Position numbers and translations under genes: made by a program. The notes below the pieces were generated by a model. The model was given only the letters and a program-made list of their open reading frames with translations, was not told where the DNA came from and searched no databases. From NCBI GenBank assembly GCA_963706575.1, contig CAVPNL010000006.1, positions 96,001 to 160,000 of the forward strand: a DNA stretch of 64,000 nt, written 5' to 3'. Positions 41,164 through 50,720 of the stretch are shown piece by piece. Every line of letters starts with the position of its first letter. Position 1 is the first letter of the stretch. This stretch comes from an uncultured delta proteobacterium. GTDB taxonomy: Bacteria; Desulfobacterota; Desulfobacteria; Desulfobacterales; JAHEIW01.

Positions 41164-42129
41164 ATGAGAAACAAATTTTTTACCATTCTGATCGGAATCT
41201 GTGTCTTGGCTTTGGCATTTTCCGGAAGTGCGTTTGCCAAAGAAAGAGTTATATTCGGCGGTGGACCGGCCGGTGGAACCTTCCAGGTGGTTGCCAACGG
41301 CATCCAGGTGTATAAACCGGTTAAAGCCAGTCCGGATTTTTCCGTTAAGGCCCAAACATCTGCAGGTTCGGTTGAAAATTTAAGGAAAACCAACGCTGGC
41401 AGACAACAGATGAGCGTGGTCTATTCCGGCCATGTCTGGCTGGGCCGCAACGGTCAGATGAAAAATGATCCCAAAAAATACGAAAATGTTTTGGCCATTT
41501 CCTGGCTGTACGGCGCTCCGGGTCAGCTGGTGGTTCGTAAGGGCTCGGGCATCAAAAGCGTCAAAGACCTGGTCGGCAAAAAGGTCGGTGTCGGCAATGC
41601 CGGCTCCGGTGCCTTTGCCAATTGCGAACTGTTCTTTTCCCACATGGGTGTCTGGGATAAGATCGAGCGCAATGCCATGGGCTACAACGATGCCGCCGCT
41701 GCTTTCGGCAACAAGCAACTGGATGCCTTCTGGTTGTTCACCGCCTTTCCGAGCGGTGCGGTCATTATGGCGGCCCAGACCAATGATATTGAACTGGTCG
41801 ACCTCGATGCGGATGCCGAAGCCTCGGGATTCTACAAAAAGTATCCGTATTTCGGCAAGCTGGCGGTTCCGGCCGGCACCTACAGAGGTGTGGATACGGA
41901 GGTAGGCTCCTTCCAGGACAGTGCCCTGTGGGTGGCCAATTCCAAGGTTTCCGCGGACACCGTTTACAAGCTGCTTGCCACGATTTACACCGATGAGGGT
42001 CTCAAGCACATGGTCGGTCAGAAAAAGACCTTTAAAAATATGAGCTTGAAAACCGGTGCCACCAACATCGTCACCCCGTTTCATCCGGGGGCGGAAAAAT
42101 TCTGGAAAGAAAAAGGCATGCTGAAATAA
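41164..42129 (+). CDS. TAXI-family TRAP solute-binding protein
   Basis: GGPAGGTF, SAGSVEN, GNAGSG, PFHPGAEKF. Confidence 0.9.
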   Translation: MRNKFFTILIGICVLALAFSGSAFAKERVIFGGGPAGGTFQVVANGIQVYKPVKASPDFSVKAQTSAGSVENLRKTNAGRQQMSVVYSGHVWLGRNGQMKNDPKKYENVLAISWLYGAPGQLVVRKGSGIKSVKDLVGKKVGVGNAGSGAFANCELFFSHMGVWDKIERNAMGYNDAAAAFGNKQLDAFWLFTAFPSGAVIMAAQTNDIELVDLDADAEASGFYKKYPYFGKLAVPAGTYRGVDTEVGSFQDSALWVANSKVSADTVYKLLATIYTDEGLKHMVGQKKTFKNMSLKTGATNIVTPFHPGAEKFWKEKGMLK

Positions 42130-42308
42130 AATCGCTGCACGATTTTATATTCGGGCGGTTTCACCGCTTGAAATTAAGATGCAAGATATGGGCATTGCAA
42201 AGCGCGCTTGCCTGATAAAGCCCAGCCCATATCTTGCCTCTCCTATTTTGCAGATAAGAAATTAAAAAATTATTTAAAATTGAAAATTTTAAATAGGGGG
42301 GTAAAAAA

Positions 42309-44043
42309 GTGTACGACAAATTAAACAAATTCGAAAAAATAGTATTTGATGTGTTGGCTGTCATTCTGGTCCTTTTTTACTCCTATTCCGCTGTTTTACA
42401 ACCTGCCTCCACCCAGTATCACCGCGGGATATACGTGATCATCACCTACGTTCTGGTCTTTCTGCTGTATAAATCCAAAAGCCGCTGGCTGCGGGCAGTC
42501 GACTATCTGCTGATTTTTCTTTCCATCTTCAGCATCGGCTACTGGATCCTGAACTTCGAAGCCATCAACTACCGCACCGGTGCCGAGACGCAGTTCGATA
42601 TGTTCGTGGCGATGATCGGGGTTCTGATCGGAATCGAGCTTGCCCGACGGGTGGTGGGCTTTGTTTTTGTGATCATCGGGACGCTGATGTTGGTTTACGC
42701 GGTCTATGGTTACCTGGCCCCTGATCTTTTTGCCCATGCGGGCGACACCTTCCCGGCGGTGTGCACCAGCATCTTTTACAAAAGCGACGGCGTCTTCGGC
42801 ATTATGGCCAATGTCCTGGCCACCTATGTGATCTTATTTGTTCTTTTCGGGGCTTTTCTGGAAAAGTCCGGGGCCCAGCGCTTTTTTATTGATTTTCCCC
42901 TGGCGGCCGTCGGTCACAGAATCGGCGGGCCGGCCAAAGTTTCGGTCATCGCCAGCGGTCTGTTCGGCTCCATATCCGGAAGCGCCATCGCCAACACGGT
43001 TTCCACCGGCGCCTTCACCATTCCCATGATGAAAAAAGCCGGGTTCAGACCCCATATCGCCGGCGGCATCGAGCCGGCAGCCTCCATTTCCGGCATGTTC
43101 ATGCCCCCCATCATGGGAGCGGGCGGCTTTATCATGGCCGAGCTCACCGGGGTTCCGTATTCCAAAATTATGCTGGTGGCCATATTCCCGGCGATTATGT
43201 ATGTCTTCAGCGTGTTTATCATGGTGCACTACGAAGCCAAGAAGTATAATATCAAGGGCGAAAAAAGCGAGCACAGCGCCATGCAAATTATGAAAACCGA
43301 GTGGTACTACATCATGCCGCTGGTTATCATCACCATTCTGATGCTTTACGGCTTCTCCCCGGGTTATTCCGCTATTCTGGGCATCGTCACCTGCCTGATC
43401 GTCAGCTGGTTTAAAAAAGATACCCGCATCACGCCCAAAAGATTTGTGGAAGCCTCCCGGGCGGGCGCTGAAAACAGCCTCAAGATCGGCGCCACCGTGG
43501 GGGTCATCGGCATTATCATCGGGGTGCTGACTTACAGTGGACTGGTGCTCACCTTTGCCGATATTGTGATCGAACTGGCCGGTGGTTCCCTGGTTTTAAC
43601 GATTTTGTTTATTGCCCTGGCTTCCCTGGTACTGGGCATGGGGGTCCCGGTCACCGCCGCCTATCTGATTACCGCGGTTGTGGCCGTGCCGGCCTTAATC
43701 CACCTGGGGGTCAATGAAATCGCGGCCCATATGATCGTTTACTGGCTGTCGCAGGATTCCAATATCACACCGCCGGTGTGTATTGCGGCCTTTGCAGGCG
43801 CCACGATTGCCAAGGCCAACATGTGGAGAACGGCCTTTGCCTCTTTTAAATTTGCCAAATTTCTGTACCTGGGACCGTTTTTATTCGGTTATGTCCCGGG
43901 CTTTTCCTTAAACGGCAGCGCCTGGGATATTATTAAAGCATTTGTGCTTATCATATTGGGTACCTATGCGTATTCCTGATATTTTGAGCGGTATCTGGTT
44001 GAAGCCCTTAATAGGCATGTTGAAAAAAACACCGGCAAGCTGA
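42309..44043 (+). CDS. TRAP fused permease (DctM-type); +1 insertion near 43978 gives a premature stop
   Basis: GGPAK, GSISGSAIAN, MPPIMGAGGF, LGMGVP, ITPPVC; removing one base continues as ILSGIWLKP...S* to 44043. Confidence 0.85.
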
Positions 44044-44091
44044 TTTTCGTTTTTTTAAATTTCTTTATTTCATTTATGAAGAGGCAGAAAA

Positions 44092-44622
44092 ATGAAACTA
44101 CCCAAAGTTGATGTCAAAAAAATACTGTATGCCACCGATCTTTCTGAAAATGCACGCTTTGCGTTTGCTTACGCGGTGAGCCTGGCCGATCTTTATGGTG
44201 CAAAAATTGCCCTGCTACATGTACTACCCGAAATCTCGGAACTGATGGACCACCACGTTATCGGATATATTGACTCAGACCGATGGGAGGAAATAAAGGC
44301 AGAGCATTTTAAAGAAGCCAAAGAAGCCCTTATCGGGAAAAGAAAAAACCACCTGGCCATTAAAGATGTGCTGCATCAATTCAGTCAGAAAGTAAAGGAA
44401 GGACAGGAAGGTGAGGGCTTTATCACGGATGATATTATTGTCGAAAGAGGAAATCCGGTTGAACAGATTTTAAAGCAAGCTGAAGAACGCAGCTGCGACC
44501 TCATCGTTATGGGCACCCACGGGCATGGAACCCTGGCAGACGTCATGCTGGGCAGCACCGCCCGGCGGGTGATCCGAAGATCAAAGATACCGGTTTTGGT
44601 GGTCAGACTGCCAGAAGAATAA
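44092..44622 (+). CDS. Universal stress protein (UspA family)
   Basis: KILYATDLS, GNPVEQI, DLIVMGTHG, LGSTARRV..PVLVV. Confidence 0.92.
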   Translation: MKLPKVDVKKILYATDLSENARFAFAYAVSLADLYGAKIALLHVLPEISELMDHHVIGYIDSDRWEEIKAEHFKEAKEALIGKRKNHLAIKDVLHQFSQKVKEGQEGEGFITDDIIVERGNPVEQILKQAEERSCDLIVMGTHGHGTLADVMLGSTARRVIRRSKIPVLVVRLPEE

Positions 44623-44976
44623 AACCGGCTTTTAGGGCATCATCATGGATAATTGCCCGAAGCTGTGTTGTGAACGGCGCGGCTGAACAATACCGCCTTG
44701 AGCTCACTGTCGAAAGGAATCGAGTAGCAGGCCGATTCAAAATGTTCACATACGCTCTTGTATAATCCGCTTTTGAATCGGTCTGCTTCTTGCCTTCGAG
44801 CGGTTTGTGATTGGAGCCGAAATCCCGCCCGCGGCATTCCGCCTATACGAAATAATTTAGCGGCATATTCAGAAATAGTCCAATTGGCAGCTTTTTTTGT
44901 TTACTAAATACGAGTATTCGACAAATCGTTTCATAACGGTTTTGATTTTTTGAAATAACTGCTGTGATCATTCAAC

Positions 44977-45006
44977 TTGACAATTTTCGACGGCTATCGA
45001 TATAAA
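44977..45006 (+). promoter_or_regulatory. Putative sigma70 promoter for the left arm of the polyP island
   Basis: TTGACA-N18-TATAAA. Confidence 0.45.
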
Positions 45007-45288
45007 AGATTGTTCGATTCGTAAACACGTTTCCTCCCGAGGCGCTTATGGCCAATCAAAATCAGACCAAAAGCCTTATCCAGCGTTTAACAGCGGAGGA
45101 ATATGTCCGGCGACTTATTCTGCTCCCATTTCAGCCCATCATCTCCCACATCGACGATATTTTTAAAACCAGATGCCGAAAAAGTTTTCATCAATTTTGT
45201 GATTCGAACCGGGACGGTCGCCGATCGGCGCTTGCGGTCGTGAAAGACGGTCGGGTTGATCGGATTACCGATACAAAAGGAGAATATT

Positions 45289-45864
45289 ATGAAAAAGGAT
45301 GATCTTACGCAGGTGAAACACATCGGTGCTTTACGAATGAAAATGCTCAACGATGCGGGGATTAAAACCATCAAACAGCTTTCTGAAATACCGTTGGAAA
45401 AGTTGATCCAGGTAGAAACCATCGGTGAACATTATGCAAAGCTGATCAAGACTGCTGTGGCGGAATCTTATGGGGAAAAACCGGTGAAATCAGCCCCAAA
45501 GGCCGTTTCCGTCAGAAAAAGGAAAACGGCGGCGGCCGATACGGTCTTAAACAACAGGATTGCGGTGCTCAAAAAACGCTTAAAACAAGCCAATGAAAAA
45601 TTAAAGCCCCTGGACAAAAAGAAGTACCTGGAATTGTATGTCGATTTTAAGAAAAGATCCAAAAGGCTTAAGGCCCATCTTGGCCGGCTAAATGAAAACC
45701 CGGGAGATCTTTCCCAAAAGGCTACAAAAAATATCATCAAAAATGCCGATGCCTTGAGTGCCACCTTGAAAAATGTGGGCAAAAAACTCAAGAAGAAAAA
45801 ATATCGACAGGTATCTCAGGAAATTCAGTCGTTTTCTAAAATGCTCAAGAAGACTCGCCCCTAA
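45289..45864 (+). CDS. Lys-rich protein with N-terminal helix-hairpin-helix motifs
   Basis: DLTQVKHIG..LNDAGIKT..L..VETIG; basic helical C-terminus; AAGGAG RBS. Confidence 0.7.
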   Translation: MKKDDLTQVKHIGALRMKMLNDAGIKTIKQLSEIPLEKLIQVETIGEHYAKLIKTAVAESYGEKPVKSAPKAVSVRKRKTAAADTVLNNRIAVLKKRLKQANEKLKPLDKKKYLELYVDFKKRSKRLKAHLGRLNENPGDLSQKATKNIIKNADALSATLKNVGKKLKKKKYRQVSQEIQSFSKMLKKTRP

Positions 45865-46587
45865 ATGACAAAAATACTATTGCTGGGGGATATCCATGCA
45901 AATTATCCGGCTTTAGAAGCGATTATAAAGTATATTCAGCCGGATCGGTTTGATTGGATCGTTAACACCGGTGATTTTACCGTTTACAGTACTTTTCCCA
46001 ACGAAACGATTCAATGGTTTCGTGAGCGCAAAAGAACCATCTGCATATTGGGCAATACGGATCGAAAAATTTTAAGAATACTCAACGGCAAGAAACTAAA
46101 AAAACCAAAAAAAAATGAAAAGCGGGTGATGTACTTTTGGACGTCTGAACATCTACATCCTGAAAATATCACCTACCTGAAATCTTTACCCGAGCAAACG
46201 GATTTTACGGCAGGCGGTTTCCGCATCGGGATATTTCATGGGACCCTGGAAGATCCGGATGAAGAGTTGTGTCCTTCGGCCTCCGAAAGTCGTTTTCGTA
46301 AACTCGCAAAGCACTCGCGCTATCAGGTTCAGATCATGGGCCATTCCCATGTGCCCTATTATCGGATTGTCGATGGGATTCATTTCGTCAATCCCGGCAG
46401 TGTGGGGCGCATGTTTGACGGTGATCCTCGGACCTCTTTTGCGATCCTTAAGGTTGCTTCCGGGAAAATAGCCGTGGAACATTTTCGGATTCCCTATGCG
46501 GTGGAAGCGGTGATCGCGGATCTGAAAAATCAAAAACTGCCGGACATCTATGCAAAAATGTTCAGGGTTGGAAAGAAATTAAATTGA
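45865..46587 (+). CDS. Metallophosphoesterase (calcineurin-like, YfcE-type)
   Basis: GDIHAN, GD, GNTD, FHG, GHSH, NPGSVG. Confidence 0.9.
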   Translation: MTKILLLGDIHANYPALEAIIKYIQPDRFDWIVNTGDFTVYSTFPNETIQWFRERKRTICILGNTDRKILRILNGKKLKKPKKNEKRVMYFWTSEHLHPENITYLKSLPEQTDFTAGGFRIGIFHGTLEDPDEELCPSASESRFRKLAKHSRYQVQIMGHSHVPYYRIVDGIHFVNPGSVGRMFDGDPRTSFAILKVASGKIAVEHFRIPYAVEAVIADLKNQKLPDIYAKMFRVGKKLN

Positions 46588-46648
46588 TCCCGGCCAAACT
46601 CGACGCTTTTCAAGAAAAGGTTCTCCACGAGAAAGATGCCGTATTGTT

Positions 46649-47630
46649 ATGAAAACGATAGAAGCAAAAGAAAATAGACAAAAAGATTCGAAAGAAAAGG
46701 TACCGGGTTCGACGGCACAGATCAGAGATGCTTTGAAGAAAGCCGAATCGGAAGTCACACGTGTCGCTCCGGAAAAACGATTACGCAAGATCGTAAAGGT
46801 TCTCAAGAAAAAGGATAAAAATGAAATTATCCAGGCGGTTTTGGAGAAATTTTATAATGCCGAGGAGTTAAAACCTTACCAGGCGGAGCTTATCAAAATG
46901 CAGCACCATCTGGAACGGACCGGAAAAAAAATGGTGATCCTTTTCGATGGCCGGGATGCCTCCGGCAAGGGTGGGACCATCCGCCGAGTAACGCGCTATA
47001 TGAATGAAAAACGATATCATGTGGTGGCACTGGGCAAACCCAATGAAAACCAGAAGACAGAACTACATATCAAACGTTATATCGAACATTTTCCTTATGC
47101 CGGAGAAATTGTTTTGTTTGACAGAAGTTGGTACAATCGAGCCCTGGTTGAGCCGGTGATGGGATTTTGCACACAGAAGCAATATAACCGCTTTATGAAA
47201 AAAGTGAATACCTACGAGCAAAATTTCCTCGAAGATGACGGCAGGACCATCCTGCTCAAACTCTATTTTTCGGTAAGCAAAGAAGAACAGGCACGGCGCT
47301 TTGATAGAAGAAAGAACGATCCCTTAAGGCAATGGAAACTTTCGGAAGTGGATTTGCAGGCCCAGGACTTGTGGGACGAATTTACCAAAAAAAAATTCAT
47401 GCTGTTAAAAAAGACGCATACCAAAAAATCGCCATGGTACGTCATCCGATCCGACGATAAGCATCTGGCCCGACGGGAAACCATGAAAGTCATCCTTAAT
47501 AGGGTGCCTTATAGAGGAAGAAGCCGCAAATTGGATTTTACCCTGGATCCCAATATTGTTATCCCGGGCGATCGGGAATTAAAGATAATGAAAAAACAGA
47601 CTGAAAAAATATGGCAAGTCCCTGGTGTGA
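46649..47630 (+). CDS. ppk2: Polyphosphate kinase 2 (copy 1); probable +1 in the A-run near 47605
   Basis: DGRDASGKGG, FDRSWYNR, WKLSEVD, SDDKHLAR; removing one A ends the protein as EKYGKSLV* at 47630 (the track reads to 47698). Confidence 0.9.
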
Positions 47631-47716
47631 TTGCTGAGATTTTTTGGTCCGGGAAAAATATTCCAGATTTCATAGATTGTGTTTTCTTCGTTAATTGATA
47701 AACCGGAGGGGGAAAA

Positions 47717-48722
47717 ATGGCGAAAAAAAAACCGCAGAATAAAAAAAGTAAGAAGAAATCCAAGGCCTTAGCAGTGAAAGAAATTGAACCAATTGCGGTC
47801 AAAGATGAAAAAGCAGAAAAAAAAGAAAAGAAGTCACCGAAAAAAGGCAAAAAACTGAAGCGAAAGTTATCCGAACACACCAGTCTTAAAAAATTTAGAT
47901 AAGAAAAAAACAAAAAAACGCCAGGCCGTTTGGGTAAAAAAATTCACCCTCGCATACGAACAGGAGTTGCATAAGCTGCAAATAGAGCTTTTGAAATGGC
48001 AAAAACATGTCATTGCCAACGAACAGCGTGTATTGATGTTATTTGAAGGCAGGGATGCCGCCGGCAAGGGCGGGACGATAAAAAGGATTATTGAACATTT
48101 GAACCCAAGGGGTGCCCGGGTTGTGGCGCTTCTAAGACCCAGCGACAGGGAACGGACGCAGTGGTATTTTCAAAGATATATTCAACACCTCCCGTCTGGA
48201 GGGGAGATCGTACTCTTTGACCGTAGCTGGTACAATCGTGCCATGGTTGAACCGACGATGGGTTTCTGCACCGATGAGGAGAATAAACGCTTCTTAAAAG
48301 ACACACCGATGCTTGAGTCCATGCTGGTCAAGAACGGAATTATTTTGTTTAAGTTCTTTTTCTCTGTTTCAAAAGAGGAACAGCTGCGCCGGTTTGATTC
48401 CAGAGAGACGGATCCTTTGAAACAATATAAAATCTCCCCGGTTGATCGAGAGGCTCAAGAAAGGTGGGATGATTATACGGTAAGAAAATTCCAGATGCTC
48501 AATGAAACGAACCGAACCATTTCTCCATGGATAATTATCCGTTCCGACAACAAGAAAAAGGCCAGACTCAACTGCATCAAACATATTCTGTCCCGAGTCG
48601 AGTATAAAGGTAAAATTCCCGTGGAGGAAATCGAGATCGATCCTGAGGTCGTGGTATCGGGCATTGATGAAATCAGATTTATGGAAGATCATTTAATGAC
48701 GGGCGTGGAATTACCGGGATAA
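47717..48722 (+). CDS. ppk2: Polyphosphate kinase 2 (copy 2) with a Lys-rich N-tail; +1 in the A-run near 47890
   Basis: GGAGG RBS at 47717; rejoined frame LKNLDKKKTKKRQAVWVKK..YEQELHKLQ; EGRDAAGKGG, FDRSWYNR. Confidence 0.88.
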
Positions 48723-48794
48723 TTCAGGTTCATCAGCACGGTTTGGATATGCCATTCAAAATTATTGACCGTGATAAGAAATAAGGAGGACGAT

Positions 48795-49088
48795 ATGCCG
48801 ATTCAAGTTATCATTAAACGCAAATGGCAGATTGATAAGCCCGAGGCACTGCTCCCGCTTCTAACTGAACTGCGTTCTCTCGCAAAAAAACAACCCGGCT
48901 ATGTTTCCGGCGAGACATTAAGAAGCCTTGATGATCCCGAAGATTACATGGTCGTAAGTAAGTGGAAGACAGTTGACGATTGGAACAAATGGTTGCAGAG
49001 TAAAAAAAGAAGGGACCTTCAGGGCCGGGTGGACTCTCTGATCGGAGAAAAAACCTTTTACGAAATTTTTGAACCCGTGAGCCACTGA
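48795..49088 (+). CDS. Antibiotic biosynthesis monooxygenase (ABM) family protein
   Basis: QPGYVSGETL..YMVVSKW..W..W..S; AAGGAGG RBS. Confidence 0.8.
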   Translation: MPIQVIIKRKWQIDKPEALLPLLTELRSLAKKQPGYVSGETLRSLDDPEDYMVVSKWKTVDDWNKWLQSKKRRDLQGRVDSLIGEKTFYEIFEPVSH

Positions 49089-49182
49089 CGGACGGTTGTC
49101 GGCATAGCACCGGCTGGGGCAAAAAGGCAATCTGAAGAATGGACGGGCGTATTATGCGGGTTAAGGAACTCTTGGATAAAAA

Positions 49183-49218
49183 AGGGCAGTCTGACGTAAG
49201 GGTCCAGATTGCCCTTGA
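49183..49218. terminator. Hairpin between convergent genes
   Basis: AAGGGCAGTCTG..CAGATTGCCCTT. Confidence 0.5.
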
Positions 49219-49243
49219 ATTTCATGCTTTTTTGAAATAACCG

Positions 49244-49507
49244 CTATTTCTTTTTTTTCGTCTTTTTTCCTTTTTTCTCCGTTTTCTTTTGTTTTTTCTT
49301 TGCTTTTACTTTCTTCTCTTTCTTTTTTTTCGTCTTTTTTCCTTTTTTCTCCGTTTTCTTTTGTTTTTTCTTTGCTTTTGCTTTCTTCTCTTTCTTTTGC
49401 TTCTTTTTCGCTTTCTTTGCCTTCTTCTTTTCCTTTGCTATCTTTACTTCGGCCTCCTCAGTTTTCTTTTCTTCCTCTTTCTTTTCTGGCTCCTTTTTTT
49501 CTGCCAT
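49244..49507 (-). CDS. Extremely Lys-rich small protein (50 of 87 residues K) with a 24-aa internal duplication
   Basis: GGGAGGAGGGG RBS before ATG; 72-nt tandem duplication encoding KEKKxKAKKKQKKTEKKGKKTKKK. Confidence 0.7.
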   Translation of the reverse strand: MAEKKEPEKKEEEKKTEEAEVKIAKEKKKAKKAKKKQKKEKKAKAKKKQKKTEKKGKKTKKKKEKKVKAKKKQKKTEKKGKKTKKKK

Positions 49508-49702
49508 AGTCCCCTCCTCCCTTTTTAATGTATTTTCATTCAGACCGACCGTTTATTGATGTTTGATCCGCCGCCGGAACGATTTATGGATATCGCTCGC
49601 GCAGCGCAGACGCTTGCGCCGCGCGTTGCTCCGACATTTTGATGATTTGATTTTAATGGGAAGCATTTTGTCATTTGACAATTTCCAACTTAAAATGGTC
49701 AA

Positions 49703-50200
49703 TCATGATTTATGCTTTTTAGGGAATTCGAAGAATTTCAATTTGCCGCAGTTCGCGTTCATATTTGCCCATGATGCAATATCTAAATTCACGCAAAATA
49801 CGCCGCAGGTTGGAATATTGCTGATCGGCTGATCAGCGATGTAATTGGCCAATCCATTTATAGCCGGGTTATGGCCGACGACCATGGCCTCATTCACGGT
49901 ATCGTCAATTTGTTTAACAACATGAATTAAGGCATTTTCACTGAATTCATAAATGGCTTCGCTGTATCGAATATTTTCAAGCGGATAATTGATCGCTGCG
50001 GTAATCATTCGGGCGGTCATGGCCGCTCTGTTTGCCGGGCTGGATATGACGAGGTCCGGTGTTACCTTTAATTTTTTAAGAAGGTTGCCCATAAAAGGAG
50101 CGTTTTTACGCCCGCGTTTGTTCAGGGGTCTTTCAAAATCGTCCAGCTTGGGATATTTCCAGCTTGATTTGGCATGTCGAACGATATAAAGGGTTTTCAT
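49703..50200 (-). CDS. sixA: SixA-type phosphohistidine phosphatase
   Basis: RHAKSSW..DFERPLNKRG, SSPANRA..T, VGHNP. Confidence 0.9.
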   Translation of the reverse strand: MKTLYIVRHAKSSWKYPKLDDFERPLNKRGRKNAPFMGNLLKKLKVTPDLVISSPANRAAMTARMITAAINYPLENIRYSEAIYEFSENALIHVVKQIDDTVNEAMVVGHNPAINGLANYIADQPISNIPTCGVFCVNLDIASWANMNANCGKLKFFEFPKKHKS

Positions 50201-50267
50201 TCTTTTCCACCGGTGGGAGATGAACGAAAAGACACAATTTAGGGTTAATCGCTGCGCAACTAGGTTA

Positions 50268-50432
50268 CTACTTTAAGGCCGTCGGTTTATGCAACCATTT
50301 TTTTTTGTCCGCTACTCTGCCGCACTTAGTGCATACGAATTGAGGATTGCGGACGATATCACTGTATTTACCCAGTTTTTTTATGATATCTTCCGACTTC
50401 CATTTGCAGAGCGCTTTTGCTTTCTTTGCCAT
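50268..50432 (-). CDS. Small 54-aa basic CxxC protein, not in the ORF track
   Basis: AAGGAG RBS; MAKKAKALCKWKSEDIIKKLGKYSDIVRNPQFVCTKCGRVADKKKWLHKPTALK*. Confidence 0.75.
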   Translation of the reverse strand: MAKKAKALCKWKSEDIIKKLGKYSDIVRNPQFVCTKCGRVADKKKWLHKPTALK

Positions 50433-50720
50433 TTTGTTACTCCTTATGGATCTAATAAATTCGCTAGCGCCTCAACTGATATTGAATCGTTTTTCATTCT
50501 TGATTAATCTAATATCCAAATACAGGTTTGTAAACGACAAATTGCGCCATCTCTTTTCTTCTGTCAGCTCAAAATTTTGGGCGAATGCCCGAAACTCTTA
50601 GCGCGGAATTATCTCCTGCATACGGTCTCTTCTTTTCGACAAGCGATTGTCATCCCTGTCAAACACGATCACGAACCCAGTCATAAGGCAAAGCCTGGAG
50701 CATCAGCATAGCGTGTGTTT

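Noticed and set aside
43977..43979. TGA near the end of the TRAP permease as possible selenocysteine or readthrough
   Set aside because: The plausible protein continuation is in another frame, so a 1-nt insertion explains it; it is a TM region with no redox context
44643..45302. Short ORFs 44643-44837 and 45048-45302
   Set aside because: No recognisable motifs or convincing RBS; possibly leader or decayed sequence
49289..49528. Phe/Leu-rich plus-strand ORFs as membrane peptides
   Set aside because: They are antisense shadows of the Lys-rich gene, which has the RBS
50646..50685. GTCA repeats as a Pho box in the polyP island
   Set aside because: Spacing is irregular (9, 10, 12) and the orientation is opposite to the neighbouring genes
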